Position numbers and translations under genes: made by a program
Notes under the pieces: model-generated
Databases searched by the model: none
Seen by the model: only the letters and a program-made list of their open reading frames with translations
Told to the model about the DNA's origin: nothing
Shown: in pieces, positions 39,847-49,126 of the stretch
Layout: every line of letters begins with the position of its first letter
Position numbering within the stretch: position 1 is the stretch's first letter
DNA from: Deltaproteobacteria bacterium
GTDB lineage: Bacteria > Desulfobacterota > Syntrophia > Syntrophales > JACQWR01
Reading direction: 5' to 3'
Assembly: GCA_026388415.1 (NCBI GenBank)
Contig: JAPLJV010000061.1
Span: forward strand, 2,260-66,259
Length of the DNA: 64,000 nucleotides

Positions 39847-41394
39847 TTATTCAAATTTAACTTTCCTGACCTCCGTCTTCAAACGCTCGAGCCGGTTTAA
39901 GGCATTGATGTAGGCCTTGGCCGAGGCCACCAGAATATCCGGGTGCGCGCCCCGCCCCACGACGGTGTGGTCGCCGTATCTTAAATGCACAGCCACCTCC
40001 CCCTGGGCATCACTCCCCCCGGTGATGGCATTGACCACATATTGCTGCAGAAAATTATTGGTTTTGGTGATCTTTCTGATGGCGGCAAAGGTGGCATCCA
40101 CTGGACCGATGCCGAAACCGGCATCATGGATGATTTCCATGTCAATCTCCATCTGCATGGTCGCCGTCGGGATGACGACATTGCCACTGACCACCGTCAG
40201 GGAAACCAGCTTGTATTTGTCCTCGATGCGGAAGATCTCTTCGGAAATAATCGCTTCCAGATCTTCGTCAAAAATCTCTTTTTTGACATCCGCCAGTTCT
40301 TTGAAACGGACAAAGACCCGGGCCACCTCTTCTTTGGACAGGACGTAGCCCAGCTTCTTGAGCCGCTCGACAATTGCATGCCGTCCCGAATGTTTCCCCA
40401 GCACCAGGTGGGTGCCCGAGATTCCCACCGACTGCGGGGTCATGATCTCATAAGTGGTTTTTTCCTTGATCAGTCCGTCCTGATGAATCCCCGATTCGTG
40501 GGCAAAGGCATTGGCGCCCACAATGGCCTTGTTCGGCTGGACTTGGATGCCTGTAATCTTGGTCAGAAGCTTGGAGGAATTGTAGATCTGCTCCGTATTG
40601 ATGCCCGTGTAACAATGGAATACGTCCTTCCTGGTTACCAGCGCCATCACCACTTCTTCCATAGCGGCGTTGCCCGCCCGCTCGCCGATGCCGTTTACGG
40701 TACACTCCACCTGCCGGGCGCCGTTCTTGATCGCCGCCAGGGAGTTGGCCACCGCCAGCCCCAGATCGTTGTGGCAGTGGACGGAGATGATCGCCTGGCC
40801 GATGTTTTTTACCTTCTGAAACAGGTAGGCAATCAGCCGGCCGAATTCTTCGGGAGTGGCATATCCCACTGTATCGGGAATATTCACCGTCCTGGCGCCC
40901 TCGGCAATGACGGCCTCCACCATCTCGCACAGATAGTCCCGGTCGGAACGGGTGGCATCCATCGGGGAGAATTCCACCTGCGGCGTACAGGCCGCGGCAT
41001 GCTTCACCGCCGCCCGGGCCTCTTTTAACACCTGTGCCCGCGTCTTGTTGAGCTGATATTTAAGATGGATGTCGGAAGAAGAGATGAAGGTGTGGATCCG
41101 CGGGTGGGCCGCTTCGGCAATGGCTTCCCAGGCCCGGTCTATATCCGCCAGATCCGCCCGTGCCAAGGCAGCCACCTGTGCGACCTTGATCTCCCCCGCA
41201 ATCTGGCGCACGGCCTGAAAATCTCCCTCCGAGGCAACCGGGAAACCGGCCTCAATGATATCAACGCCCATTTTTTCCAACTGGCGGGCCAGCCGCAGCT
41301 TCTCATCGAGGTTCATGCTGGCGCCGGGCGACTGTTCGCCGTCCCTTAGCGTCGTGTCAAATATGAATATCCTGTCTCCTCTTGCATCCATCAT
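39847..41394 (-). CDS. leuA: 2-isopropylmalate synthase
   Basis: 515 aa with the N-terminus [36 protein letters not shown] (LeuA-type rather than CimA-type), [12 protein letters not shown], and a C-terminal LeuA dimerisation/regulatory domain. Confidence 0.85.
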   Translation of the reverse strand: MMDARGDRIFIFDTTLRDGEQSPGASMNLDEKLRLARQLEKMGVDIIEAGFPVASEGDFQAVRQIAGEIKVAQVAALARADLADIDRAWEAIAEAAHPRIHTFISSSDIHLKYQLNKTRAQVLKEARAAVKHAAACTPQVEFSPMDATRSDRDYLCEMVEAVIAEGARTVNIPDTVGYATPEEFGRLIAYLFQKVKNIGQAIISVHCHNDLGLAVANSLAAIKNGARQVECTVNGIGERAGNAAMEEVVMALVTRKDVFHCYTGINTEQIYNSSKLLTKITGIQVQPNKAIVGANAFAHESGIHQDGLIKEKTTYEIMTPQSVGISGTHLVLGKHSGRHAIVERLKKLGYVLSKEEVARVFVRFKELADVKKEIFDEDLEAIISEEIFRIEDKYKLVSLTVVSGNVVIPTATMQMEIDMEIIHDAGFGIGPVDATFAAIRKITKTNNFLQQYVVNAITGGSDAQGEVAVHLRYGDHTVVGRGAHPDILVASAKAYINALNRLERLKTEVRKVKFE

Positions 41395-41409
41395 CTTCCT
41401 CCCAGCTTC

Positions 41410-42477
41410 TTAGACATGGGTCGCGGCCCAGTCGCCGATTTCACTCGTACTCATGCCCATTTTTCCGGCATCGAGGCTTTTCAATTTCCCGCTTTCCAGG
41501 AGTTTCACCACCACTGCTTCGACGCGCCGACCGGCCTTTTCTTCTCCCAGGGTGTCCAGCATCATCCCGCCGGCGCAGATGGCCGCCAGCGGATTGATGA
41601 TGTTTTGTCCCGTATATTTGGGCGCCGAGCCGCCGATGGGTTCGAACATGGAGACGCCTTCGGGATTGATGTTTCCCCCCGCAGCGATACCCATTCCGCC
41701 TTGAATCATGGCGCCCAGATCCGTGATAATATCGCCGAACAGGTTGTCCGTCACAATCACGTCAAACCATTCCGGATTTTTAACCATCCACATGCAGGTC
41801 GCATCAACATGGGCATAGTCCGTCTTTACATCGGGATAATCACCGGCGACTTCGTGGAAGGCCCGTTCCCAGAGATCCCAGGCGTAGGTCAAGACATTTG
41901 TTTTGCCGCAGAGGGTGAGCTTTTTGGCCTTGGCCCGCTTTTGGGCCAGCTTGAAGGCGTAGCGCAGGCAGCGTTCCACCCCTTTTCTTGTATTGATTGA
42001 TTCCTGGGTGGCGACCTCATCGGGCGTGCCTTTTTTCAGCGTGCCGCCGGCCCCGGCGTAAAGACCCTCCGTATTTTCCCGCACGACGACAAAGTCTATA
42101 TCGCGGGGGCCTTTATCCCGGAGCGGGCAGGGGACATTGGGATAGAGCTTCACGGGTCTCAGGTTGATGTACTGGTCCAGCTCAAAGCGCAGGCGCAGGA
42201 GCAGCCCCTTTTCCAGAATCCCGGGCCTGACATCGGGATGGCCGATCGCGCCCAGATAGATGGCGTCAAACTGGCGCAATTCGGCCAGCACGGAATCGGG
42301 AAGGATATCGCCTGTTTTCTTGTACCGTTCCCCACCCAGATCGTAGTGGACCAGGTCAAAGGAAATCGTCTCCGCCGCCGCCACGGCCTGGAAAACCTTC
42401 AGCCCCTCATTGATAACCTCCGGTCCTGTTCCATCGCCCGGCAGAACCGCTATCTTATATGTTTTCTTAGCACTCAT
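41410..42477 (-). CDS. leuB: 3-isopropylmalate dehydrogenase
   Basis: 355 aa with [13 protein letters not shown] and [19 protein letters not shown], the isocitrate/IPM dehydrogenase signature. Confidence 0.9.
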   Translation of the reverse strand: MSAKKTYKIAVLPGDGTGPEVINEGLKVFQAVAAAETISFDLVHYDLGGERYKKTGDILPDSVLAELRQFDAIYLGAIGHPDVRPGILEKGLLLRLRFELDQYINLRPVKLYPNVPCPLRDKGPRDIDFVVVRENTEGLYAGAGGTLKKGTPDEVATQESINTRKGVERCLRYAFKLAQKRAKAKKLTLCGKTNVLTYAWDLWERAFHEVAGDYPDVKTDYAHVDATCMWMVKNPEWFDVIVTDNLFGDIITDLGAMIQGGMGIAAGGNINPEGVSMFEPIGGSAPKYTGQNIINPLAAICAGGMMLDTLGEEKAGRRVEAVVVKLLESGKLKSLDAGKMGMSTSEIGDWAATHV

Positions 42478-42561
42478 GGCAACCTCCTGTCGGATAATTT
42501 CCGCTGCAAGTTTTTCCTCTTAATATCGGAAAAGTGAAAGGAATAAAGCGGGTGGGACTTA

Positions 42562-42795
42562 TTAACGCAACGCTGCTCTGAAGTCAACAACTGATGCCAT
42601 CGCGGCTCCCGTCATGCCGGGCGCAGACCACCGCCGGATGGCGACGCTAAGTTTTAAGGCACTCTGACGGCCAAGGCCAAAATAGCCATGATTGCCATTA
42701 AGGCAATAATTGACCACAACTAATTGTGTATCAGCATCCTTAAGAGAATAGCCGAACCGTGTAAGTAGCCAAAATATCTTCTTATATGAATACAT
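42562..42795 (-). CDS. hypothetical protein (77 aa), doubtful
   Basis: ORF only. No RBS or family was recognised. It marks the transition from the core leu operon to accessory genes. Confidence 0.2.
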   Translation of the reverse strand: MYSYKKIFWLLTRFGYSLKDADTQLVVVNYCLNGNHGYFGLGRQSALKLSVAIRRWSAPGMTGAAMASVVDFRAALR

Positions 42796-42811
42796 GAGGC
42801 CGTGCGTGCCT

Positions 42812-43345
42812 CTATTTCATGAACTGGAAAAATCCGTTACAGAAATAGAGGAGCCCGAGGCTTCCGGCCCCCACCCCGATAAACCAGAATAATTTCTTCT
42901 TCATGAGCGCTGCAATCGAAGAAAGCAGGATGCCGATTTGCAGAAACATGGCCGCCACGCCAAAGGCCGCCGCATGCAATTGCGATTCGTCGCGCAGCAA
43001 TTCGAGGCCCTCCGCTTTCTTTTTTATATCCGTCTTTTCCGTATCGTAAACCTGGATTTTCTGGGCATAACCGGCAATCTTTTTCTCGTATTCGGCCTGA
43101 ACGGCAGGTGGCTGCCGTGACGATTTAAGCTCCAGTTCGAACCGCTCCTTCTGCAGCTCATACATATAGCCCTTGATGCTCTTCGCCTGAAAATAGGACC
43201 ACTGATCCGACGCCTGGGACTGGGACATCACCGACCGCGTGGAGAAGGAACCTCCCCTCAGGGTCGAAAGGGTAGCGCAGACCGCAAAAATGACCGTTGT
43301 AATAGCCAGATAGTTAAGCCAGGTTTCTTTCTTTTCTTCCACCAT
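42812..43345 (-). CDS. DUF4337 family membrane protein
   Basis: 177 aa with N-terminus ETWLNYLAITTVIFAVCATL..L....S........QASDQWSYFQAKSIKG and a C-terminal TM pair, the pattern I recognise as DUF4337. Confidence 0.6.
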   Translation of the reverse strand: MVEEKKETWLNYLAITTVIFAVCATLSTLRGGSFSTRSVMSQSQASDQWSYFQAKSIKGYMYELQKERFELELKSSRQPPAVQAEYEKKIAGYAQKIQVYDTEKTDIKKKAEGLELLRDESQLHAAAFGVAAMFLQIGILLSSIAALMKKKLFWFIGVGAGSLGLLYFCNGFFQFMK

Positions 43346-43484
43346 AAATCATCCCCGTAAAGTTCTTTCAGGATGGCGTGAAACGATGCATTCCAGGGCG
43401 CCCGCGTGGGAAGCTGGTCAATCTTTCTGCCCAGCTTTCGGTATATGTCTTTCCCGAAAATATGTCCCATAATTGCAATAAGTT

Positions 43485-43862
43485 TTAATCGCCTTTTCCA
43501 TCCTGCGGCTCCACAGACTTCTGGGTAACTTTCCTGAGGCGGAATGCTACCGTTTTGAGAATTTTCTGGAAGTCGGCGGATATCTTGTTGAATTCACTGT
43601 CAAAGAAGTCCCGGTCAATAATGCCCACCACCGCCGTTCCCTTGGCAGTAGCCGTTGCGGACCGTGGTTCCTTGTCAATATAGGCCATCTCGCCGAATAC
43701 GTCACCCTCATCCAAGGTCTCGACGACTATCCTCTGGCCGCCAACTTTTTTGGATATTTCGACTTCACCCTCGTCCACGACATAAATCCAGTCGCCATTT
43801 GACCCCTCTTCGAAAATGACCTGCCCATCCTGGAACGTCTCATAAGATGCGATCTGAAACAT
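43485..43862 (-). CDS. stand-alone cyclic-nucleotide-binding (CAP effector) domain protein
   Basis: 125 aa with a typical cNMP-binding beta-roll, GDWIYVVDEGEVEI......GDVFGEMAYID.EPRSATA.A. Confidence 0.75.
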   Translation of the reverse strand: MFQIASYETFQDGQVIFEEGSNGDWIYVVDEGEVEISKKVGGQRIVVETLDEGDVFGEMAYIDKEPRSATATAKGTAVVGIIDRDFFDSEFNKISADFQKILKTVAFRLRKVTQKSVEPQDGKGD

Positions 43863-43963
43863 TTTATCCCCCTCTGTTATTCATTCTGTAGTATGATTCT
43901 ACCATATTTTTATGAATAAAGGGCAATTTATCTAAACTATTCTTCCGTTACTTCAGCATTTTT

Positions 43964-44911
43964 TCAGTTCCCCGGGCGGGTAAATCCGGTGCGCCACAGT
44001 CTTATCAGATGTAGTGTAATAACGGCCACAACGAGGCGGGGGATATAAAGCCAGCAAGCGTTCAGGCCTAGGGAGATGAAAAGAGGGGGATCTTCGACCA
44101 TGGAATGGTTGATGCCGATGGACAGGTGCAACATTTCCAGATCCTCCGGGGAGACGTGTCCTGCCCGAGCCTCTTCAACAATGACGGCTCCACCATAAGC
44201 CAGGCCGAAAATGATGGCCGTCACCCAGAGCAGCCCCACCTTTTCGCCGAGACCCATGAACTTGAGCAGGGGGGCGAAGAATTTGACGATGGAGCCGATC
44301 CAGTCGAGAAATTTCATGACCTCCAGGAGGGTCATGAGGCACATGATGATGAAAAATATTTTCAGGCAGAGAAAGAAAGTAAGCCCCAGCCACTTCCACA
44401 GCAGGGCGTCAAAGGCGGGGCGGACAGTAAGTGTCGCTGCCGCTGGAGCGTCGGCAATGGTTCCGGGAACAAGCCAATGCGCCACGATCATCACCGTCAC
44501 CGTGGCCATGATGATCCTGAAGAGCGTCGCTTTCCAGGGGTTGATTCCCGATTTTCCCTGAACAATTCCCTCCTGAATAAGATTGTGAGCCATAAGCAGG
44601 AAAATACCGATTAATGTCATCTGGCCTTCATTCAAAGGCAGAACGACCATAGCGGCAATCCCCCCGTAGATGTTGGCCGCCATACCGATAAGCAGGGGCA
44701 GGGCCGCCGCCGCGGGGAGGCTGAGAAACTTCATTACCGGGGCGATGAGAAAATCGGCCTGGTGTAGCCAGCCGCTCCAGTCCAAAAGGGTCGTTACCAG
44801 GGAAACGGGCAGGACGATCTTTATCATCCATAAGAAGCCGCGCCACCCTTTTTTGACGCCGATCATCACGCCGGTCTTGATCAACGTTGCCGTGGTAAGT
44901 TCCTGGTCCAT
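43964..44911 (-). CDS. nucleoside-recognition (Gate) domain membrane protein
   Basis: 315 aa polytopic membrane protein with Gate-domain-like segments (LIAPVMKFLSLP..AALPLLIGMAANIYGG). Confidence 0.6.
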   Translation of the reverse strand: MDQELTTATLIKTGVMIGVKKGWRGFLWMIKIVLPVSLVTTLLDWSGWLHQADFLIAPVMKFLSLPAAAALPLLIGMAANIYGGIAAMVVLPLNEGQMTLIGIFLLMAHNLIQEGIVQGKSGINPWKATLFRIIMATVTVMIVAHWLVPGTIADAPAAATLTVRPAFDALLWKWLGLTFFLCLKIFFIIMCLMTLLEVMKFLDWIGSIVKFFAPLLKFMGLGEKVGLLWVTAIIFGLAYGGAVIVEEARAGHVSPEDLEMLHLSIGINHSMVEDPPLFISLGLNACWLYIPRLVVAVITLHLIRLWRTGFTRPGN

Positions 44912-44994
44912 ATTATATTATCGGCAATTAAGTAAACGATACCAAATTGAAATGGCAACCCCAAGAAGTATAATAGTGGGGGGGAACGAATTTA

Positions 44995-45375
44995 TTATGG
45001 ATTGATACGGACTTTCTTGATATAGTTCCTCAGTTCGACTTCCTGCAGAACCCCCATCCAATTGAACTTTACGCCCCGGCGCCTGTAGGGGACAGATGAC
45101 TGCACGCACTCACATCCAGGGGCTGGTATATCGGAAGCTGTATCATAAGGGACATTTGCCAGATATTGCCTCTCGACAAGCATTTTAAGAATGCCGGATT
45201 CCTCCAGCTCTTCCGGAGAGCCCTGGTAAATGAAAGCCGTGCCACCCTGACTGATGTCCAAGAGCTGGACCTTCTGTTCCCGATCAGTACCCGGTGAAAC
45301 GATCACAAAGGTTCCACTTTGAACGATGAAACGCTTATGGTGGCGTTGCTTAAATAATCGCCTCAAGATGCCCAT
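44995..45375 (-). CDS. PilZ domain protein (c-di-GMP receptor-type)
   Basis: ATG at 45375 has a GGGAGG..GGAG RBS. PilZ motifs RHHKR (RxxxR) and DISQGG (D/NxSxxG) are present. Confidence 0.7.
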   Translation of the reverse strand: MGILRRLFKQRHHKRFIVQSGTFVIVSPGTDREQKVQLLDISQGGTAFIYQGSPEELEESGILKMLVERQYLANVPYDTASDIPAPGCECVQSSVPYRRRGVKFNWMGVLQEVELRNYIKKVRINP

Positions 45376-45507
45376 GCTCCTGCCTCCCTGCGAACTCATC
45401 AAAAAACATTATGGAGAAACAATATAATCTTTTCTGGGTTTCATTTTAGCTGCCAGTCCCTTGTATGTCAAGATAATTCGACAACAGATAATTCGACGCC
45501 GATGGCG

Positions 45508-46155
45508 CTAATATCCCATCTCTTCATTGATCAGAACAACCGTAAATAGATCAATATCGGTCGGTTTTTTCAGGAGAATCAACAGGGCGGCGCAAATTCT
45601 TTCCGGCGAATCGCAATCACTGCAAACCCCTGTCTCCGTACAGGGTGTCTTGCGTTTCAAGCGCAGGGCATTGACCACAGCCGCCTGCTGCCGCGTCCGA
45701 TGGATGGCCAGGTCCAGGGAATCCACAATCTTGTTGGTACCGGCGGCGATAATTACCTTTCTGGGGCCGGAACACATACCGGCGACTCTGTTTCCTCCTC
45801 CATCCAGATTCACCAGCACACCATCGGTGGTCAAGGCGTTGACGCTGCTGAGGAAAACATCCATGGTCCCTTGCTTCCTTTTCAGTTCCAATCTAAGCGC
45901 AGGATCTTCCGAGGCATCCCAGTGATCGCAGACATAATTGCCTCTTTTGCGTAACGTCTCCACGATTCCCAGCTCATCCCGCAAGGTTACGGAACCGCCG
46001 ATGCCGACTGTTTCCTGCGGTTCGATCCGTTCGGCAATGAAACGCCTGGCTTCATCGGCCGTCTCAAAGAAATAAGGATCAAAACCTTTTTTTTTCAACG
46101 CGGCCAAGACCTTTGGTATTGTCTTGCGAACCCGAATTTTTTCAATTTCTATCAT
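45508..46155 (-). CDS. LUD-domain protein (YkgG/LutC-like, DUF162)
   Basis: About 215 aa, with the pattern GIGGS.T......V..L.....................DVFLSSVNALT.DG.LVN.DG.GNR typical of the LUD domain, and a C-terminal Cys cluster CTETGVCSDCDSPERIC. Confidence 0.6.
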   Translation of the reverse strand: MIEIEKIRVRKTIPKVLAALKKKGFDPYFFETADEARRFIAERIEPQETVGIGGSVTLRDELGIVETLRKRGNYVCDHWDASEDPALRLELKRKQGTMDVFLSSVNALTTDGVLVNLDGGGNRVAGMCSGPRKVIIAAGTNKIVDSLDLAIHRTRQQAAVVNALRLKRKTPCTETGVCSDCDSPERICAALLILLKKPTDIDLFTVVLINEEMGY

Positions 46156-46183
46156 GCTTTCCCCCATTTAGTAAATTTACAAC

Positions 46184-47083
46184 TCATAGCCGGATGAGGT
46201 CTTGATGTTCCTCGTCATGAGGATTGATGTGGATCATGACGTCCCCCACATTGGGGGATTGTTCGAATATGAGACGCTGGACTTCCGTAATAATGTCGTG
46301 GGACTGCTTCACCGTCATATCGGGATTCATGTCCAACTTCAGATCAATGATCAGGTACTGTCCGGATCGTCTCCCGCGAATCTCGTGCACATGCTCAACA
46401 CCGGCCACTCCTGCCGCTATGGCGGTGACGCAGGCAATCAGCTCTTTCGGCGGCTGACCGTCCATAAGATCATGGGCGGCGTTGCGGAAAGTTTCCCAGC
46501 CGATGTGAAAGATCAGGATAGCGCTCAGTCCCGCCGCCAGAGGATCCATCAGCGCCGCGCCGAAGTATGCTGCGCTCACGCCAATAAGTGTGGCGATAGA
46601 GGTAAGGGCATCTTTGCGGTGATCCTTGGCAATGGCCTCCACCGCCGGGCTCTGCAGTTGCTGCGATACAACCTGGGTGTAGCGGCAGAGAGCCTCTTTG
46701 ATCACAATGGTGGCCACAGCAGCAATGATGGCGATTAATTGCGGCTCTACATAGTCTTTAAGGATGATGGTCCTGGCCGCCGTGTAAAGTATGCCGCCGC
46801 CCGTGAAGAAGATGATCAGCGAGACCAGGATGGCGCTGATGCTCTCTGCCTTGCCATGACCAAAGGGATGCTGATCATCAAAGGGTTTCCGCCCTATCTT
46901 GAGGGCGATAAGGGTGGAAAGGATCGCCACAAAGTCGCAGGCACTCTCCATCCCGTCGGCAAATACCGCTTCCGAATTGCCGTAATGACCTGCCAGCAGC
47001 TTCATGACCATCAGGCCGGCGTTTATCCAAAAGCCGATAGCGATAATCCGGTCGGCCATCCCGAAGCGTTTATTTCTTTCCAT
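46184..47083 (-). CDS. cation diffusion facilitator (CDF) family transporter
   Basis: Six TM helices with motifs SEAVFADGMESACD and HPFGHGKAESI, plus a C-terminal cytoplasmic domain (VHEIRGRRSG....D..L). The start is uncertain (47059, 47083 or TTG 47179). Confidence 0.8.
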   Translation of the reverse strand: MERNKRFGMADRIIAIGFWINAGLMVMKLLAGHYGNSEAVFADGMESACDFVAILSTLIALKIGRKPFDDQHPFGHGKAESISAILVSLIIFFTGGGILYTAARTIILKDYVEPQLIAIIAAVATIVIKEALCRYTQVVSQQLQSPAVEAIAKDHRKDALTSIATLIGVSAAYFGAALMDPLAAGLSAILIFHIGWETFRNAAHDLMDGQPPKELIACVTAIAAGVAGVEHVHEIRGRRSGQYLIIDLKLDMNPDMTVKQSHDIITEVQRLIFEQSPNVGDVMIHINPHDEEHQDLIRL

Positions 47084-47275
47084 GGCTCTTGAGGTGTGCA
47101 AAAATCCGGTCCCATTCACTGCGGACGGGACAATACCTCGCTCCTCCTGACGATGTTGCTTTTTAGCCTGCCGTTTCAACTATCATATAACGAAAGCGGG
47201 AACAAGGAGAATAGACTTTTCACAACATTTTGTGGCCAATATTGCCTTGACATTTAATCGTAGCCGGTGCTTTGA

Positions 47276-47450
47276 TTATCGCGCCGATTCAAGCTCGTAG
47301 CGTGTCTGAAAATTCATACAAAATTGAGCAGAATTCCCGAAAAAACGAGATGGCCGCAGGGCGGTGTCCGCGGTTATGCCGTGCTTTTCAAGCACAATCT
47401 CGTTAATCTGACTCGCCGGGATGCACCGGAGAAGAATCCCTCCCGTTCAT
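47276..47450 (-). pseudogene. HigA-family antitoxin (HTH-XRE) relic with internal deletion/frameshift; no partner toxin
   Basis: The minus strand reads MNGRDSSPVHPGE-stop, then out of frame INEIVLEKHGITADTALRPSRFFGNSAQFCMNFQTRYELESAR-stop. Compare the HigA pattern HPGE..(about 25 aa missing)..RINEIV.GKR.ITADTALRL..FFGTSAEFWLNLQ..YDLE. Confidence 0.6.
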
Positions 47451-47469
47451 GCTCCCCCCTTAGTGATAA

Positions 47470-48351
47470 TCACTTACAATAATTATTATATACAATCAGG
47501 GCACCCAAGGGCACACTGTGGATACTACAGTAAGGGTAACATTTCGCCTGGAAAAGGAAAGTAATCTTACCCTTCAGACTCTCTTCCTCGGATAGCGTTT
47601 CGTAGTTTCCGCCCCCCTTTGAAATTATCAGGTCTGCCTGCTCAACGTGGGTTCTCACTGCAGAAGATACTTTCGCCAAAACCGTTCCTGGCAGTGGTTC
47701 TTTGATACCATTCTCTATTACTGTAGCTACTTCATCCAAGCCAACTGACAGGGCATCTTTTAGTGTTGCGTCGTTGAGGATGGGCTTGGTTCTCGTAACA
47801 AATATCACCTCAATACCATACATCATGTGGAAGGTTTCAATCAGGAGCTTGTCAAAGACAATCTCTCCACAGTTGTCACCGAAATATACGAGTTTTTTGG
47901 TTTTTTCAAGTCTTGTCTTAAGTTCCTCCACGTATTTCTGGTTGATGCCTGACAGAAGACTGAGGATTTTTCCATCCATGCCTTTCTTGGCATCTAACAT
48001 GGCATCTATAGAATTACCAGCAATGGCCCACCTCATCGCTTCAAGAACAGGGTCATTGCTCTCCAATAAAATCTCCTTTAAAAAGGGATATATGTTGAGG
48101 GCTTTCTGATTCTGTTCAGCCTTCATCATCTTCAGAGGATCATCGTCTTTAGCGATTTTCTGCATCTTACGCCAGATTTCCTCTACAATCTCAGGCGCTG
48201 TGACCTTGCTGCTCCCTTCTTTTAAAGACTCCAGCGATAAGATTTCGCCCATAAACTTCTTTACCTGTTTCTCATCTTTTGTGACCCCCCTGATAATCTC
48301 GAGGGACATCTTGAGGATACAGGGGATACAATAATCATGTCTCATCAGCAT
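47470..48351 (-). CDS. DUF89 family protein (ARMT1-like damage-control phosphatase fold)
   Basis: ATG at 48351 has an AGGAGG RBS. Motifs present: YFGDNCGEIVFDKLLIE (DN.GE metal site) and IISKGGGNYETL. Confidence 0.7.
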   Translation of the reverse strand: MLMRHDYCIPCILKMSLEIIRGVTKDEKQVKKFMGEILSLESLKEGSSKVTAPEIVEEIWRKMQKIAKDDDPLKMMKAEQNQKALNIYPFLKEILLESNDPVLEAMRWAIAGNSIDAMLDAKKGMDGKILSLLSGINQKYVEELKTRLEKTKKLVYFGDNCGEIVFDKLLIETFHMMYGIEVIFVTRTKPILNDATLKDALSVGLDEVATVIENGIKEPLPGTVLAKVSSAVRTHVEQADLIISKGGGNYETLSEEESLKGKITFLFQAKCYPYCSIHSVPLGALIVYNNYCK

Positions 48352-49126
48352 ATAGATAACCTCCTTCCTCAATTCTGAACGCATAGTATCCCAATTTAGG
48401 GTCAAGGGCCACCGCTCCGACGGCTTTCCCCCCAATTCGGGCTTCGATGGCATGAACCGGTTTATACATGCGACGCTCCTTTTCCGCGGGAAGCCCGCTG
48501 CCGAGAGGGTTTTGATTTCAGTATCTGCAAGGGGCTGATGGAGACCGCCGGCGCCAGAGAGTAAATCCACTCCACTCGGCCCGACCCAGGGTACGCAATA
48601 CTTTTACCAGCGATTATGGTCTACTACTGCCTTAGTAGTACATAATCGTCCTCAAAAAGTCTACTAAATAGTTATGCTCAACGCCGAAAGGGCTGCCAAT
48701 GGAAATCACGGCATCGCCTGATTTCAATAATCCCAGGGCGCCGCCTGTCAGAGCGAGGGCATGGAGCGTTAAATTGCCGTGAGATACTCATTTCTTTCTT
48801 GAATATTACCGCTTCCGGCCATATACTACTGGCGGTGTTTCAAATGCAACGCTGGAATAAGATTGAAGAGAACGATGAGAAGCAGTGTCTTATCAATCAA
48901 TACATCAAATGGCTGGGGTGTTTGCGAAATTTCTTATCAAGGAGAATACATACACGGGACGTGACTTCAGCGGGCTTGCCAGGGGTATTGTCGCACTGGA
49001 TAAGACTATCCACCACAGCCTTGCCGGAGCCGCGGTCGGCGGTATTGTGCTGCAGCGGCTTTGAGCCTGAACGCATGATGTGATCGGTAATCGGTATGAA
49101 AGACAGTATTTTAAACGGGAGGAATA

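Noticed and set aside
39847-41394. The LeuA homolog as citramalate synthase (CimA).
   Set aside because: The N-terminal motif is the LeuA type ([18 protein letters not shown]) rather than the CimA type (DTTLRDG.Q.EG, IEGGWPG), and the gene sits inside a leuB-A-C-D cluster. This is not excluded biochemically.
42562-42795. The 77-aa ORF as a toxin or mobile-element remnant at the core/accessory boundary.
   Set aside because: No recognisable motif, partner gene or RBS was found, so it is kept only as a low-confidence hypothetical.
48632-48787. A minus-strand 51-codon ORF as an HtrA/DegP protease fragment.
   Set aside because: Only about 20 residues (SGDAVISIGSPFGVEHN) resemble the protease motif. 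The flanking sequence does not continue the family pattern, so this is too short to call without a search.
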